Part shown: positions 12,404 through 24,712 of the stretch, in pieces
Layout: every line of letters starts with the position of its first letter
How positions within the stretch are numbered: position 1 is the first letter of the stretch
NCBI GenBank assembly: GCA_030390025.1
Contig: CM059432.1
Coordinates: 144,524,001-144,588,000 of the forward strand
Direction: 5' to 3'
Source of the DNA: Squalus acanthias
Lineage: Eukaryota
DNA: 64,000 nt
Program-made: the position numbers and the translations under genes
Notes under the pieces: model-generated
What the model saw: the letters and a program-made list of their open reading frames with translations, nothing else
The model's database searches: none
What the model was told of the DNA's origin: nothing

Positions 12404-13168
12404 GAGACAAAAATCCGGCCCTTCCCGGATGAGTACGCGCTGTGTACTCACCCGTAAGGCGTCCCGAAGTGTCGGTTTCCTGCATGCACTGCGCATGCGC
12501 GGGAAACCGGAACTTCCGGTCTGGTGAAGGGGGTGGTTCCTCGGTGAACCGCGTGCGTGGTAGAGGCTGCGCGCACGCAGCAAACTTAGGTTTTTTTTCA
12601 GGTTTCTACGGGAGGGTAAGTATTGAAGAACCTACGCTTATAAAAAGGAGGCGCAGGACCCGTTTTCAACGAGGTAAGTGGTTAATTAAGTATAATTTTA
12701 AAAAAATTTCAACAGGTTTATCTTTTTTAGATACTTTAAAGAAAGCTAAGTTTATTTTTAGCACTGTTAAAAAGTATTTTAATTTTTTCAAAAATTTAAA
12801 TTTTTGTTTAAAGTAGTTAATTTATTTAACTTATAGTTATTTCATAAATGTGATGGTTTTTTAAAAATTTATTTTAAGTTTAGCTGTTCTTTTGGGGCCG
12901 ATTTCAATTCATAGATTTGACAGGTCTTCCTGTCAAATCTATGAATGAAAGATGGTCTGCTGCCATTGGCTCTCCATGGCCCACGTGATCCCAGGGGACG
13001 CATCGCACTAACTGCGCCCCTGGGATACACAAGCACTGCGCGCCGGCAGCTGCAGGAGGCCCAGGAGCTGAAGTTCCCGTGGGCCCAGAGGTCAACGGCA
13101 GGCGCGGTAGGTAAGTGCGCGCGCGATCCTTACCCCCGCGGCAAGCCGGAGAGGCGAATTTCAGGGCC
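12404..13168. mobile_element. Putative Harbinger-type MITE (CpG-rich ends, AT-rich core)
   Basis: Right end GCGAATTTCAGGGCC resembles other Harbinger TIRs here; left end degenerate; AAG on both flanks. Confidence 0.45.
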
Positions 13169-13870
13169 AAGGTATCATTCTGTTGCTAAGGTGGAGCTGG
13201 GTCCCTTTTAAAGCCACAAAGTCTAAATGTTGTTAATTGAATGCAGGGACCTAGTGTGCAACCTAGTGTGAGCTGCACCATGAGAGGCCCAATACACAGC
13301 TTCTCACAGCAAACCTTCTTCAAATGGAGAAAGCACACAACACAGTCTTTTTACGACGTGTACCCTGCTACAACACCCTGTACAACTGAATCCCAATGAA
13401 CGCATCTTAGCAAAGGCCTTCTGAATGAAATAAAACACATCAGCGTGGAACATGCTGAGTGCAGCAAGATAAATGAGCTGCTGGATTATGGGCACATTCT
13501 GGGTTAGTTGGTGACAGTGGGCTGTGGAGGGAAGCTGATGGTGTTTACGCCCTGTCCTAAATTTCACATTCCTACAGGCTGTTACATATTAAGTATTTCT
13601 GCGCAGCCTGTATTTTGAAAAAAAATGTGGCCACAAAACATCTGCTAAAGCACTTACTTTGCTCTGCCTCATGTAGAATAATACCAAGGATCTAAACTTC
13701 AGCTGTTAACTGCCTGCCTCGTACATAACTAGGTCAGGTATAGAATAGCAGATAGTTTGAGGAGTCAACCTTTGTTTCATGTTTCAACTTTTTCTGTTGC
13801 CATCATCTAATTAGTAATAAGCAGTCTGCCTAAAGAAAATTGCAAACCAACTTGTATATATAGATGGATA

Positions 13871-14844
13871 CTCGGACACTCCGCACACACTCGGAGGTCG
13901 AACTCCAAACCATCGTTAACACCTTCACCGAAGCGTACGAGAGCATGGGCCTTACACTAAACATCCGTAAGACAAAGGTCCTCTACCAACCTGCCCCCGC
14001 CACACAGTACTGCCCCCCGATTATCAAAATCCATGACAAGGCCTTGGACAACGTGGACCACTTTCCATACCTCGGGAGCCTACTGTCAACAAGGGCAGAC
14101 GTCGATGACGAAGTCCAACACCGTCTTCAGTGTGCCAGTGTAGCCTTCGGTCGCCTGAGGAAGAGAGTGTTTGAAGACCAGGACCTCAAACCCGGCACCA
14201 AGCTCATGGTCTACAGAGCAGTAGTAATACCCGCCCTCCTGTATGCCTCAGAGACATGGACCATGTACAGCAGGCACCTCAAAGCACTGGAGAGGTACCA
14301 CTAACGCTGCCTCCGCAAGATCCTGCAAATCCATTGGCAGGTCAGTGTTCTCGCTCAGGCCAACATCCCCAGCATCGAAGCTTTGACCACGCTCGATCAG
14401 CTGCGATGGACGGGTCACATCGTCCGCATGCCCAACACGAGACTCCCAAAACAAGCGCTCTACTCGGAGCTCCAACACGACAAGAGAGCCCCAGGTGGGC
14501 AGAGGAAACGCTTCAAGGACACCCTCAAAGCCTCCTTGAAAAAGTGCAACATCCCCACCGACACCTGGGAATCCTTGGCCCAAGACCGTACAAAGTGGAG
14601 GAGAAGCATCCGGGAAGGCGCCGAACACCTCAAGTCTCTTCGCCGGGAGCAAGCGGAAGCCAAGTGCAAACAGCGGAAGGAGCGCACGTCAACCCAAGCA
14701 CCCCACCCACCCGCCCCTTCAACCACCGTCTGCCCCACCTGTGACAGAGACTGTAGGTCCCGCATTGGACTCATCAGTCACCTGAGAACTTATTTTTAAT
14801 GTGGAAGCAAGTCATCTTCGGTTCCGAGGGACTGCCTAAGAAGG
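13871..14844 (+). mobile_element. RTE-clade LINE, 5'-truncated
   Basis: GLTLNIRKTKV / FPYLGS / LLYASETWT / LRWTGHIVRM and terminal CPTC..H..; 11-bp TSD ATAGATGGATA (13860-13870 / 14845-14855). Confidence 0.9.
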
Positions 14845-14954
14845 ATAGATGGATATATTTTAAATCAAAGTTGCATATACCAACAGGAAAAATCTTGGCT
14901 GGATATACTGCTGGGTAGAGATTAAAGAATTGCTAACTATTGTAATTACCGCTG

Positions 14955-15410
14955 GTAATCTTGGTGTAATACTGGATCCTGAGTTGACCGTTCACCCTCA
15001 CATCCTGTCCATCGTGAAGGTCACTCACTTTCACCTCTACAAACCTGCTCTGCCCCTACTCAAGCCCCTCTGCCACTGAAATGTGCCATCATTATATCCA
15101 GACTCGACCCCTCCAACACCCACCTTGCTAGCCTCCTGTTCTCTCTCCCTAACTCGTACCTTGTCCACCACGCTCGTTCTCAGGGACTTTCACTGACTCC
15201 CTGTCCTTCAATACATTACATTTAAAATGCTTTCTCTCGTCGATAAACCCCTCCATGGTCTCCCCACCCCACCACACCCCCATCTCAACAGCCTTCAGCA
15301 GCTCTATAACCCCTTTCTAATGCTCCACTTCCCTGATTCAGGCTTTCCATACATCCAACGACTGCATCCCACTACTGGTGGTAGAGCAATCACTTTCTGG
15401 AACTATCTCT
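14955..15410 (+). mobile_element. Highly decayed L2 LINE fragment
   Basis: NLGVILD-like, SRLD-SN..LA-like and LHGL-like remnants matching the cleaner L2 copies. Confidence 0.55.
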
Positions 15411-15414
15411 GGAG

Positions 15415-15640
15415 TTCACCAGGTGTCCTGCCCAATATTTATCCTCAATCAACAGCTAAAAATTATCTGGTCATTTATTTCATTGCTGTTTGTGGGAGCT
15501 TGCTGTGAGCAAATTGGCTGCCACATTTACGACATTACATCAGTGACTACACTTCAAAAGTACTTCACTGGCTGTAAAGCACTATGGGGCATCCTGAGGT
15601 CATAAAAGGTGCTGTAGAAATGCAAGTTCTTTCTTTTTAT
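15415..15640 (+). mobile_element. Deu-domain SINE (SacSINE1-like) 3' half
   Basis: Collinear with the reverse complement of the full copy at 39793-40262. Confidence 0.75.
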
Positions 15641-15848
15641 TCCTTACTCACTGGTTTGTTTGAATTTTGTGTGCCTGAAGGTTTGGAAAGACCGGTTCTT
15701 AGTGCTGCTGCCTAAATGATGGATATACCCTAAATCAGAACCCCAAGATCTGTACGTAAATCAATGGGAACACTGATGGGCTGCAAGGCTCCAACAGCTG
15801 CACCCAAGTGGCCCATGAAGACAAACAGCTTGGACACTCCTGGCTAAG

Positions 15849-15962
15849 TGTAATAGAGCCACCTGGTGGACTACTGATGTATATAATAATAAAGCCATGT
15901 GCAGTACAGTTCTTACCGGTTGTATATATATATATATATATGCTGTGTCTCAAGATATCACA
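15849..15962 (+). repeat. 5' LTR (114 bp)
   Basis: TGTAATAGAGCC...GATATCACA, contains AATAAA; matches 21466-21585. Confidence 0.95.
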
Positions 15963-15966
15963 GAAT

Positions 15967-15984
15967 TGGCGCCGAGGATGCGAT
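15967..15984 (+). other. Primer-binding site, probably tRNA-Ser(GCU)
   Basis: TGGCGCCGAGGATGCGAT just after the LTR; near-complement of the tRNA-Ser(GCU) 3' end (TGGCGACGAGGATGGGAT, from recall). Confidence 0.65.
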
Positions 15985-16135
15985 TGCGGATTCCCTAGCT
16001 GAAACTTTTGTTGGAGGATAATCCTGCTAACCGATGGAGGGACTGTGAGAGGTTCTTCGTTTTGCAGAAAAACTTAAAAATCTGAGGTAATTTTCAAGCA
16101 CACGTGGCTGAACTGTTGACGTTGCCAGAGTCCAG

Positions 16136-17041
16136 ATGTCCACGCCTATGGGAATAATAGGGCACTTGGGTGAGTTCCATCGCAACCGAGAGACTTTTGG
16201 AGCGTATGTGGAGCGGCTAGAAATGTTTTTCACCGCGAATAGTATTGTCGATGTAAACCGTAACCGGGCGGTTTTAGAAATGAAACGGGCTATGTTTTTG
16301 ACTGAAGCAGGCCCCGAGGTGTATGAAACCCTGAAAAATTTGCTTCTTCCCGCCAAGCTGAAGGACACGCCACTGAATGAGATCCTAACCAAGTTAGAAC
16401 AGCACTACAGTCCTGAGTCCCTGGAAATTGCTGAAAGTTATCGTTTTGGAACACGTGATCAATTAAATGACGAGGGTATCAGTGAGTACATTGTAGCTTT
16501 AAAAAAGCTATCCATTCACTGTCATTTCGGAAACTTTCAGGACCGAGCTTTGCGTGACCGCTTGGTTTGTGGGTTGAATAATGAACGTATCAGAAGTAAA
16601 TTGTTGACAACCCCTAACTTGACTTTTGACTTAGCTTGTCAGACAGCTATGTCGATGGATATGGCCGACCGATACTCCCGAGAGTTCCGCACCATTTCCA
16701 GTCGTCAGACAACCGAGGTGAATCGGCTGCAGGCTAAAAGTAAAAGGCAGTTGGGCCCCAAGGCCTCAGCAACTGGCCAAGGTAACAGTGCATTGAAGTC
16801 GTGCTATCGGTGCCTGGGACAACACATCGCTCAAAGATGTCCATATGTGAAGGCAGAGTGTTTCTACTGCAAGAAAACTGGGCATCTTGCAAAGGCGTGC
16901 CGACAGAAGAGTAAACCGACTGGCAATGCTAGAAGTAGAAATCGGCAGACACTACATACCATTGAAGAGAAGCAGCAGGACGAGGAGTTTCTGGAGATTC
17001 ACGTCATCAGGAACACAAAGGTATCTAACAGTGATTCATGA
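16136..17041 (+). CDS. gag: Gypsy Gag-like ORF (301 aa) with zinc knuckles
   Basis: YVERLEMFF, LRDRLVCGL, CYRCLGQHIAQRC, CFYCKKTGHLAKAC. Confidence 0.85.
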   Translation: MSTPMGIIGHLGEFHRNRETFGAYVERLEMFFTANSIVDVNRNRAVLEMKRAMFLTEAGPEVYETLKNLLLPAKLKDTPLNEILTKLEQHYSPESLEIAESYRFGTRDQLNDEGISEYIVALKKLSIHCHFGNFQDRALRDRLVCGLNNERIRSKLLTTPNLTFDLACQTAMSMDMADRYSREFRTISSRQTTEVNRLQAKSKRQLGPKASATGQGNSALKSCYRCLGQHIAQRCPYVKAECFYCKKTGHLAKACRQKSKPTGNARSRNRQTLHTIEEKQQDEEFLEIHVIRNTKVSNSDS

Positions 17042-17203
17042 GGTATCGTCATCCAAGTAGATGTCGCAGGATACCCATAGAAATCGACACCGGTGCATCC
17101 GTGAGCATAGTACTAGAATCACTATATCACGACAAGTTGTGTGATAATCGACTAGAGAAATCGAAGGTAGATCTGAGTAATTGGGCTACACCCATTGTTG
17201 TTG

Positions 17204-17760
17204 CACTCTTGGCTGGCCTCCCACATTCCACCCTACGTAAACTTGAGGTCATCCAAAACTCGGCTGCCCATGTCCTAACTCGCACCAAGTCCTGTTCACC
17301 CATCACCCCTGTGCTCGCTGACCTACATTGGCTCCCGGTTAAGCAGCGCCTCGATTTCAAAATTCTCATCCTTGTTTTCAAATCCCTCCATGGCCTCGCC
17401 CCTTCCTATCTCTGTAATCTCCTTCAGCCCCACAACCACCCCCCGAGATATCTGCGCTCTTCTAATTCAGCCCTCTTGAGCATCCCTGATTATAATCGCT
17501 CAACCTTTGGTGGCCGTGCCTTCTGTTGCCTAGGCCCTAAGCTCTGGAATTCCCTGCCTAAACCTCTCTGCCTCACTACCTCTCTTTCCTCCTTTAAGGC
17601 GCTCCTTAAAACCTACCTCTTTGACCAAGCTTTTGGTCACCTACCCTAATTTATCCTATGTGGATTGGTGTCAAATTTTTTGTCTTAAAATACTCCTGTG
17701 CAGCGCCTTGGGACGTTTTACTATGTTAAAGGCGCTATATAAATACAAGTTGTTGTTGTT
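17204..17760 (+). mobile_element. L2 LINE 3' fragment inserted in Gypsy RT
   Basis: IQNSAA, LHWLPVKQRLDFKIL, LWNSLP, LKTYLF; (TTG)n tail; Gypsy frame resumes at 17761. Confidence 0.92.
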
Positions 17761-19266
17761 GTACCTAAGTCAGATGGTAAGGTAAGGTTGTGTGGTGATT
17801 ATAAGGTAACCGTAAACCAGGTTCTAGAGTGTAATCTACCCAATATGTTGCCAAATGTGGAAGATTTGTTCACAACGTTGACAGGTGGCCAGATCTTTTC
17901 GAAGTTAGATCTAACAAGCGCCTACCTACAACTTGAGTTAGATGAAGAATCCAAGTCATGCTTGACTATAAATACTCACCGAGGCCTATATCAGTTCAAT
18001 AGGCTACCATTTGGAGTGTCTTCTGCCCCCGACATATTCCAAGGGATGATGAACCAAATTTTGCAAGGGATTGAAGGGGTAGTGTGTTATTTGGATGACA
18101 GACTCATTTCAGCACCAAACAGGCGAATCCATGATGAGGTGTTGAATGAAGTGCTCAAATGGCTAGAGAAGCACTGAGTACGAGTGACAGCTCACAAGTG
18201 TGAGTTGTTTCAAAACTCAGTGGAGTACTTAGGGCACAGAGTAGACAAAGATGGTTTACATCCAACCAAGGGAAAGCTGGATGCAATCAAAAATGCACCC
18301 ATTCCCAAGAATGTCTCTAAACTCCGATCATTTTTGGGTCTTTTGTATTATTACGGAAAGTTCCTCCCAAACTTGGCTACATTGTTACATCCACTGAATG
18401 AGCTGTTGAGAAAACAGGTCCCTTGGAAGTGGTCAAAAGAATGCGACACAGCATTCAAAGAGTGTAAAAGCCAGTTAGTAGAGAGTACCATGTTAGTTCA
18501 CTATGATGTATCTGAGGAGATCAAGCTAGCGTGTGACACCTCTCTGTACGGCGTTGGGGCAGTGATCTCTCATGTACTAGATAGTGGGGAGGAGAGACCA
18601 ATTGCTTTTCCTTCACGCACTCTCAGTGCCAGTGAGCAGAATTATGCGCAGATTGAAAGGGAAGCTTTGTCATTGACTTTTGGGGCCAAGAAGTTTTACA
18701 AATACTTGTTTGGTCGTAAGTTTACCATAGTTACTGACCATAAGCCCCTGACAGCAATCCTCCATCCAAAGTCCCCAGTTCCAACCTTAGCTGCAGCCCG
18801 AATACAGAGTTGGGCTTTGATTTTGTCAGTGTATACGTATGACATTGAGTACAGATGATCAGCTGATCACAGTAATGCTGATGCTATATCCAGGTTGCCA
18901 TCTCCCTCACAAGTAACACCAAATAAGGAAGAAGTGTTCTATTTCTCATACATTGATGAGCTGCCAGTCACAGCTGAAGAGATTGGTCGGGCAACCAAAC
19001 GTGATCCAATTATGTCAAAGGTGTATGATTACATAGCAAATGGATGGCCAAATCAGGTATCAGAGGAAGATATCCATCCATACTTCGTTCGTAGGAATAA
19101 ATTGTCAGTGGATAAAGATTGTATCATGTGGGGAGCAAGAGTGGTTAACCCAAATAGGTTCAGGTCTAAATTGTTAGGAGATCTTTGTGACCAGCACCTG
19201 GGAATGTGCTTGACCAAGAGCTTTGCACGCAGTTACTTATGGTGGCCAGGTTTAGATAAAGAGATA

Positions 19267-20139
19267 GGCCGGAATTTTGCCGGTTCTCAGAGTGCGGGAT
19301 TGGAGGCGGGACCGCTGTCAAAATCGTAAAGATTGACAGCGGGCCGAAAACCCGCCGTCAACCCGCTTCCAATCAATCTTGCCAAGTGTCGGGTCCCCGA
19401 TTTGCACATGGACCCGACACCTAGCAGCGGGAAGAGGATTATAGCCACTTACCTGGCTGTTAACAGGTACTTGATATTTGTTAACAGGCTCTTTTTCAAT
19501 TTTGCCGCTTCTGCCTCGGGTTCCCCGACATCCGGACACCACGCCAGGTAAGTGTGGCGTGTTGTGAGTCTGCTGTAGTGTTTCCGCATTGATGACAGCT
19601 GCAGAAGTGGTGTGAAGATCCAATGGTGCACTGGTGAGTTTCAGAGGTAAGAAAATGTTGGGAAAATCATTTTTAATGTATTTACACTTTTCTGTAGGTA
19701 ACAGGTTTTGAATTGGCTATCTAGTCCCACCTCATTGGGAGAACCTCTCTCACCAGTGACATCGCTTCTGTAACCTCACCTGCAGCTGCCATCTGTTCTA
19801 GCCCAAAGAGGGAGTCACTGGAGAGCCTGGGTGCAAGAGCTCACCTGTGAACAGTCATTGTCAGTGTTTGCAGCACCTCAATGCTGTCAAACACTGAGAA
19901 ATGAGCTGCCAACGAAAAATTGTGCATGGTCCCTTTAAGAAAACCGGCAGATGACGCGTCATCAAATGACATCATCTGACCAGCTTCTTCTTAATTGGCC
20001 GGCAAGCCCGCAGGGCAGGCTTAACAAGGCCAATTGACGTAAAATCACATCCGTTGGCCGGATGCAGTTGGGGGCGGGACTGTTACTCGGAAACCAGCTG
20101 ACCCGCTCCCAAGCCGCATCCAGTTGCAAAATCGCGGCC
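19267..20139. mobile_element. Harbinger-type non-autonomous element inserted in Gypsy integrase
   Basis: TIRs GGCCGGAATTTTGC / GCAAAATCGCGGCC; TSD ATA (19264-19266 / 20140-20142); removal restores the Gypsy frame. Confidence 0.9.
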
Positions 20140-21465
20140 ATAGAGTACATAGTCAGTCAGTGTACAACATGTCAATCGGTGAGCAAGAAACCACCATCAG
20201 TACCATTACAGCCATGAAAATGGCCTCCCAGAGTGTAGCAATGGTTATATGTAGATTTTGCTGAGCTAGAAGGACAGCAATTGTTCATAATGATGGATAG
20301 TCACTCGAAGTGGGTAGAGGTGTTTCCTATGCGGATAATAACAAGCAAAACACTAGACAGTTTGTAAAAATTGTTCTCTTCATACGGCCTCCCAGAAGAA
20401 ATTGTGTCTGATAATGGGCCGCAATTTTGTTCAGAAGAGTTCACACAGTTCCTGAGCAGAAACGGTGTGAAACATACCAAAGTTCCACCGTACCACCCTG
20501 CTTCAAATGGTCCAGCAGAGCACACAGTACAAATTGTCAAACGTGCCCTCATCAAGCAAATGTTGGATCCAAATCCAAAGAAACAGTTGTCGTTGGACCA
20601 CAAACTGGCAAATTTTCTGATTACCTATCGGAATACTCCTCATACCACTACTGGTAGAAAACCAGCAGAGTTGTTTCTCAAACGACAGCCACAAACTAGG
20701 TTCTTGTTGTTAAAGCCAAACTTGGCACAGTCCGTAGAAGAGAAACAATCAGGGCAGAAAGAGAGTCATGATAAAGGTAGAGTTAGAGAGAGAAGTGTGA
20801 AGTTGAACCAGAAGGTTAGAGTGAAGAACTATCACCATAAATGATTAAAGTGGTTACCAGGAAGAGTAGTGAAGATATGTGGCCCGCGCACATATTTAGT
20901 CAAGATGTTTGATCATGTAAAGGTTAGGTTTGTTCACATTGGTCATATCTTACCTACAGATGTGGAAGGAGTTGAAAGCTGGGATGATTCAATTTATTCT
21001 GATGAGTCGGATAGTCTTGTTACAAGTAGCGTACCCGCAGCAAATCCTACATCAGACGTACCAGAAACAAGTCCAAGACAAAGTCAGAATTTAAGTCTGA
21101 GCCCGAGTCAGGCAGACAAACAGTCTGAAAGTGTAGAGAGTCCAAATGTAGATCAAGGTCAGCCCTTGGAGAAAAATTCTCCGCAGGCTCAGCCTAGAAT
21201 GAGTCAAAGTCCTACAACAAGATCTGAAAATTCTGTTCAAGAAAGAAGGTATCCTCTTCGAAACAGAAAACCAGTGGTTAAGTTTAATCTGTAAATATGG
21301 AAAATAAGTTCATATCTTTTGTTTGTGTTACAGAATTCTATAGTAGAATTTGGAAACATAAAATGCGTTCCATTTGAGAAATGTATACCAAGAGTTGTGC
21401 ATACCATGCAAGTCATGTGCAATGATTATTTGCTATGATTAACTTCTTCAATAAGGAGGGAGAAG

Positions 21466-21585
21466 TGTAATAGAGCCATCTGGTGGACTACTGATGTATA
21501 TAATAATAAAGCCATATGCAGTACAGTTCTTACTGGAAGCCATGTTGTGCTGTTGTATATATATGCTGTGTCTCAAGATATCACA
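21466..21585 (+). repeat. 3' LTR (120 bp)
   Basis: Follows PPT; near-identical to the 5' LTR apart from an indel and the (TA)n length. Confidence 0.95.
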
Positions 21586-23508
21586 CTAAGCACTAATATT
21601 GGCAGGCTGTTTCACACGAACTATCACAGCTGAGACCATCCCTGTTCCCACCAGACATCAACAAACATGCCCTTCCAACAGGCTGTTTTTTTTCCAGCTC
21701 CCAACTCAATTGGCTGCCATGTTTCCTACATTACAACAGTGACCACACTGCAAAAGTACTTCATGGGCTGTAAAGCGATTTGGGAAAAGCGCTGTATAAA
21801 TGCAAGTCTTTCTTTCAAGGGCACTAGGACCAACTGAAACATCCTATCGCGGCCACAGCTGAGAACAAAACTTTGTCCTCCCTGGTACGTGTGGCTTTGC
21901 ACTAAGCCAGGCTGTGCCTGTACCCAACAGGTGAAGGGAGGAACGAGCAAGTTCAAAACCTCACTCCAGTATTGTCATGGAAAGGTCTAACTGAAACAAA
22001 AGCTGCAAAAATGCTTTCTACAACACAGTGGCTTAAGGCCAATCTTTGTTGCTGTGGTGCGAAAGTGGATGTAGTTCTCAAGTGTCTCACGCACAAGAAT
22101 CAGTGGCAACAGTTTCGCAGTCAGTAAATAAGGGCTGAAAAAAGAGCTCCACAAAAAAAGTGAAATTCTTTCAAAGCACAAAGCTGAATATTTCAGGACA
22201 CACACACACGAGAAAGAGTCACGGTGGAAATGGAGAGTGGTTTGGTGCCGTCTATTATACATTTCTGCAATCCTTCACCGAGACTGGTTTGTTGGAGCTG
22301 TGTGCCCATAAGAGAATCGCTTGTCAGCAGCACAGCCTCCCTAATCTCCCAGTTCCAATCTGACCTTGTTGTTAAAGTAATTGGTAAGAATCCACTTAAA
22401 AATCTATCAGTTAGCACCGATATAAAAAAAAAACACAGAGCGGGAGAATTCTCCTTTAAACTCCAAGTCCTTCACTGACAAAGAAGGGAAAACGTTCATG
22501 GAAAGATCAAAACAGGATGGCACGGCACTACTCCCCCTCCCTCCACTCCTATCTGCTCATGATCCTGATATCTCCCACTTCCTTTGCAATACAACATTAT
22601 CAGGGGTGGAAAATAGACATTGTTGTAACAAGAACATTTACTACTTGGAAAAATATTGACGCGCCCTTTTGTAATCTATGGGGTGTTTGTATAGATGTGC
22701 AACTGTTAAGGAGCATTCCTTCCTGGCTCTGTTAGAAATAAACAAAAAAATTCTCTCGACTGCACGATAGGCTCCACTTATCGAGGTTCTCTGAAGGGCC
22801 TTGGACAAAACATTGCACTTAAGCGTGTTGGAAAAAAACCAAAAATGTTTGAGCAGATTTAGTGCAGAGCACCACGAATTCACAATCCGTCCAGCTAACT
22901 GCCATCTCGTCAGCCCTTTCCGTCATTCACACGCGCCACAAATGACGTGGTGCGTGAAACACAATCCTTCGGAAGCTCTTTTCCAGCAGCGTGCCTAGTG
23001 TGATATTACACAAACTGCTGCTCCCACTCGACGGTTCTCAAAATGACCCAACACCACCCGCCATTGCTTGTTAAATGAACTCGGGTACGTTGACACACAC
23101 AAAGATCATCAAGGTTAGGCAGACAGGTAACTATTTACAGATATTTTCCGTTATTATTTTGTTGCTTTCGGATATGCACATCCAAACCTTTATCTCATTA
23201 TGAGCCTCCAGATACATTGCAGGCTGCGTGTGATGTTTCAATCTGAGCTCTCATTAATTTCCAGTTGCTGATACTAACAGATCTTGGTGTTCCGATTTAG
23301 GATTCATGCACCGACAAAGTAGCGCTAAAATCATCCCTGTCCAAACCTCCAGGCACACACAATTCAAACAGGTCAAACAAGTGAGTGAGAAGTATAAGAT
23401 TTTTTTATTCATCCTTGGGATGTGGGCGTCGCTAGCAAGACTGGCATTTATTGAGAAATGTGAGAAGTCGCACAACACCAGGTTATAGTCCAACAGCTTT
23501 ATTTGAAA

Positions 23509-23545
23509 TCACAAGCTTTCGGAGCGCTGCTCCTTCGTCAGGTGA
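23509..23545 (-). ncRNA. Minimal hammerhead ribozyme motif (family A), mirror copy
   Basis: Exact reverse complement of 23714-23750. Confidence 0.72.
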
Positions 23546-23713
23546 AGTGAAGAAATACATATGGGCACAGCATATATAGACAGAGAACAATGCCAGACGA
23601 CTACAGTTAATCTTTCTAACTGCCCTTTATCACACCTAGTTAGAAAGATTAACTGTAGTCGTCTGGCATTGTTCTCTGTCTATATATGCTGTGCCCATAT
23701 GTATTTCTTCACT

Positions 23714-23750
23714 TCACCTGACGAAGGAGCAGCGCTCCGAAAGCTTGTGA
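23714..23750 (+). ncRNA. Minimal type I hammerhead ribozyme motif (family A)
   Basis: TCAC-CTGACGA-A-GGAGC-AGC-GCTCC-GAAA-GC-TT-GTGA. Confidence 0.75.
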
Positions 23751-24712
23751 TTTCAAATAAAGCTGTTGGACTATAACCTGGTGTTGTGCGACTTCTCACT
23801 TTTGTCCACCCCAGTCCAACACCGGCATCTCCGCATCATGGCATTTATTGAGAAGGTGGTGGTCTTGAACCGCTGCAGTCCGTGTGGTGAAGGTGCTCCC
23901 ACAGTGCAAACAGGACTAAGGTACCTTGACCCCGCGGTGGTATTTCTGGGGGGTCGGGGGCTGCGGTTTGCTCCCCACTGCAGGACATACTCAGATCGCT
24001 GAAGATCAAACTCCAGCCCAAGGAAGGAATTAAAAAAAAAATACAACTCCTTTGTGTCTCTACTCGCTGATGCCAGCTGTTATCTGTTACAATGTGGAAT
24101 TTGGAAAAGTTTTAACAAAAGGACATGTCGAATCTGAATCAAAGGTGATCCAAATTAGCCAAGAACTCTAGCCCCAGTTTGAAATGGTTTAAAATCAGGT
24201 AACGCTGGAAAACAAATTCAGCTCACTGTTCATCCCATTACTCATCACACAAACTCAATCAAAAATCATACAACTAATCTACTTCTGTGCGGATGCTGTT
24301 AACTTTTGAAACACATACCCAGTAATAAAGATCACGACGCCTGGATTCCAACTCAACTTTATGAATGTGAAAATACATTCCTCTATCTGAAATTCTTAAC
24401 TTTAACCTTACTGATTTGTACCTGTGCCAGATGGCACAAGATTGTGTTTTGAAAAGTCATGTAGAGAACAACAGATGTCTGGCAGGATGTTACAAATAAA
24501 GTGCCTTCTTCTTAACTTTGGTTTTGCTTCTGTCCAGTCACACTAAGTCTTTGCTGCAACCTTGAACCCAGCTAGCTACCACAGAGATGAGCTCGAGCCA
24601 CTTCCTCTGCACCATGAAAGGCCTTTCTGGCAGGGCTGAGAATCGATGTATGTATAAAAAAGGAGAGGCTACAGATTAAGAAAAGGAAATGTTGGAAATA
24701 CACAGCGAGTCC

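Larger units (their letters stand above)
17042..21294 (+). pseudogene. pol: Gypsy pol (protease, RT, RNase H, integrase), disrupted by stops, a deletion and two insertions
   Basis: IDTGAS; WATPIVV|VPKSDGKVRLCGDYK; YLDD; TDHKPL; WWPGLDKEI|EYIVSQCTTCQ; VSDNGPQF, PPYHPASNG. Confidence 0.92.
15849..21585 (+). mobile_element. Gypsy/Ty3 LTR retrotransposon, both LTRs present, defective, two nested insertions
   Basis: TG..CA LTRs, 5-bp TSD CTAAG (15844-15848 / 21586-21590), PBS, PPT AAGGAGGGAGAAG, gag-PR-RT-RH-IN order. Confidence 0.96.
23458..23838. mobile_element. Penelope-like pLTR inverted (hairpin) insertion with hammerhead motifs
   Basis: Perfect 162-bp inverted arms 23460-23621 / 23638-23799, about 38-nt extra tail, 16-bp TSD TGGCATTTATTGAGAA. 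Confidence 0.85.
23400..23908 (-). mobile_element. 3' end of the LINE family seen at 49791-52568, split by the hairpin insertion
   Basis: Matches 49800-49940 on both sides of 23458-23838. Confidence 0.8.

Noticed and set aside
17038..17649. 203-aa protease/L2 fusion ORF
   Set aside because: Chance in-frame junction made by an L2 insertion into a dead Gypsy pol
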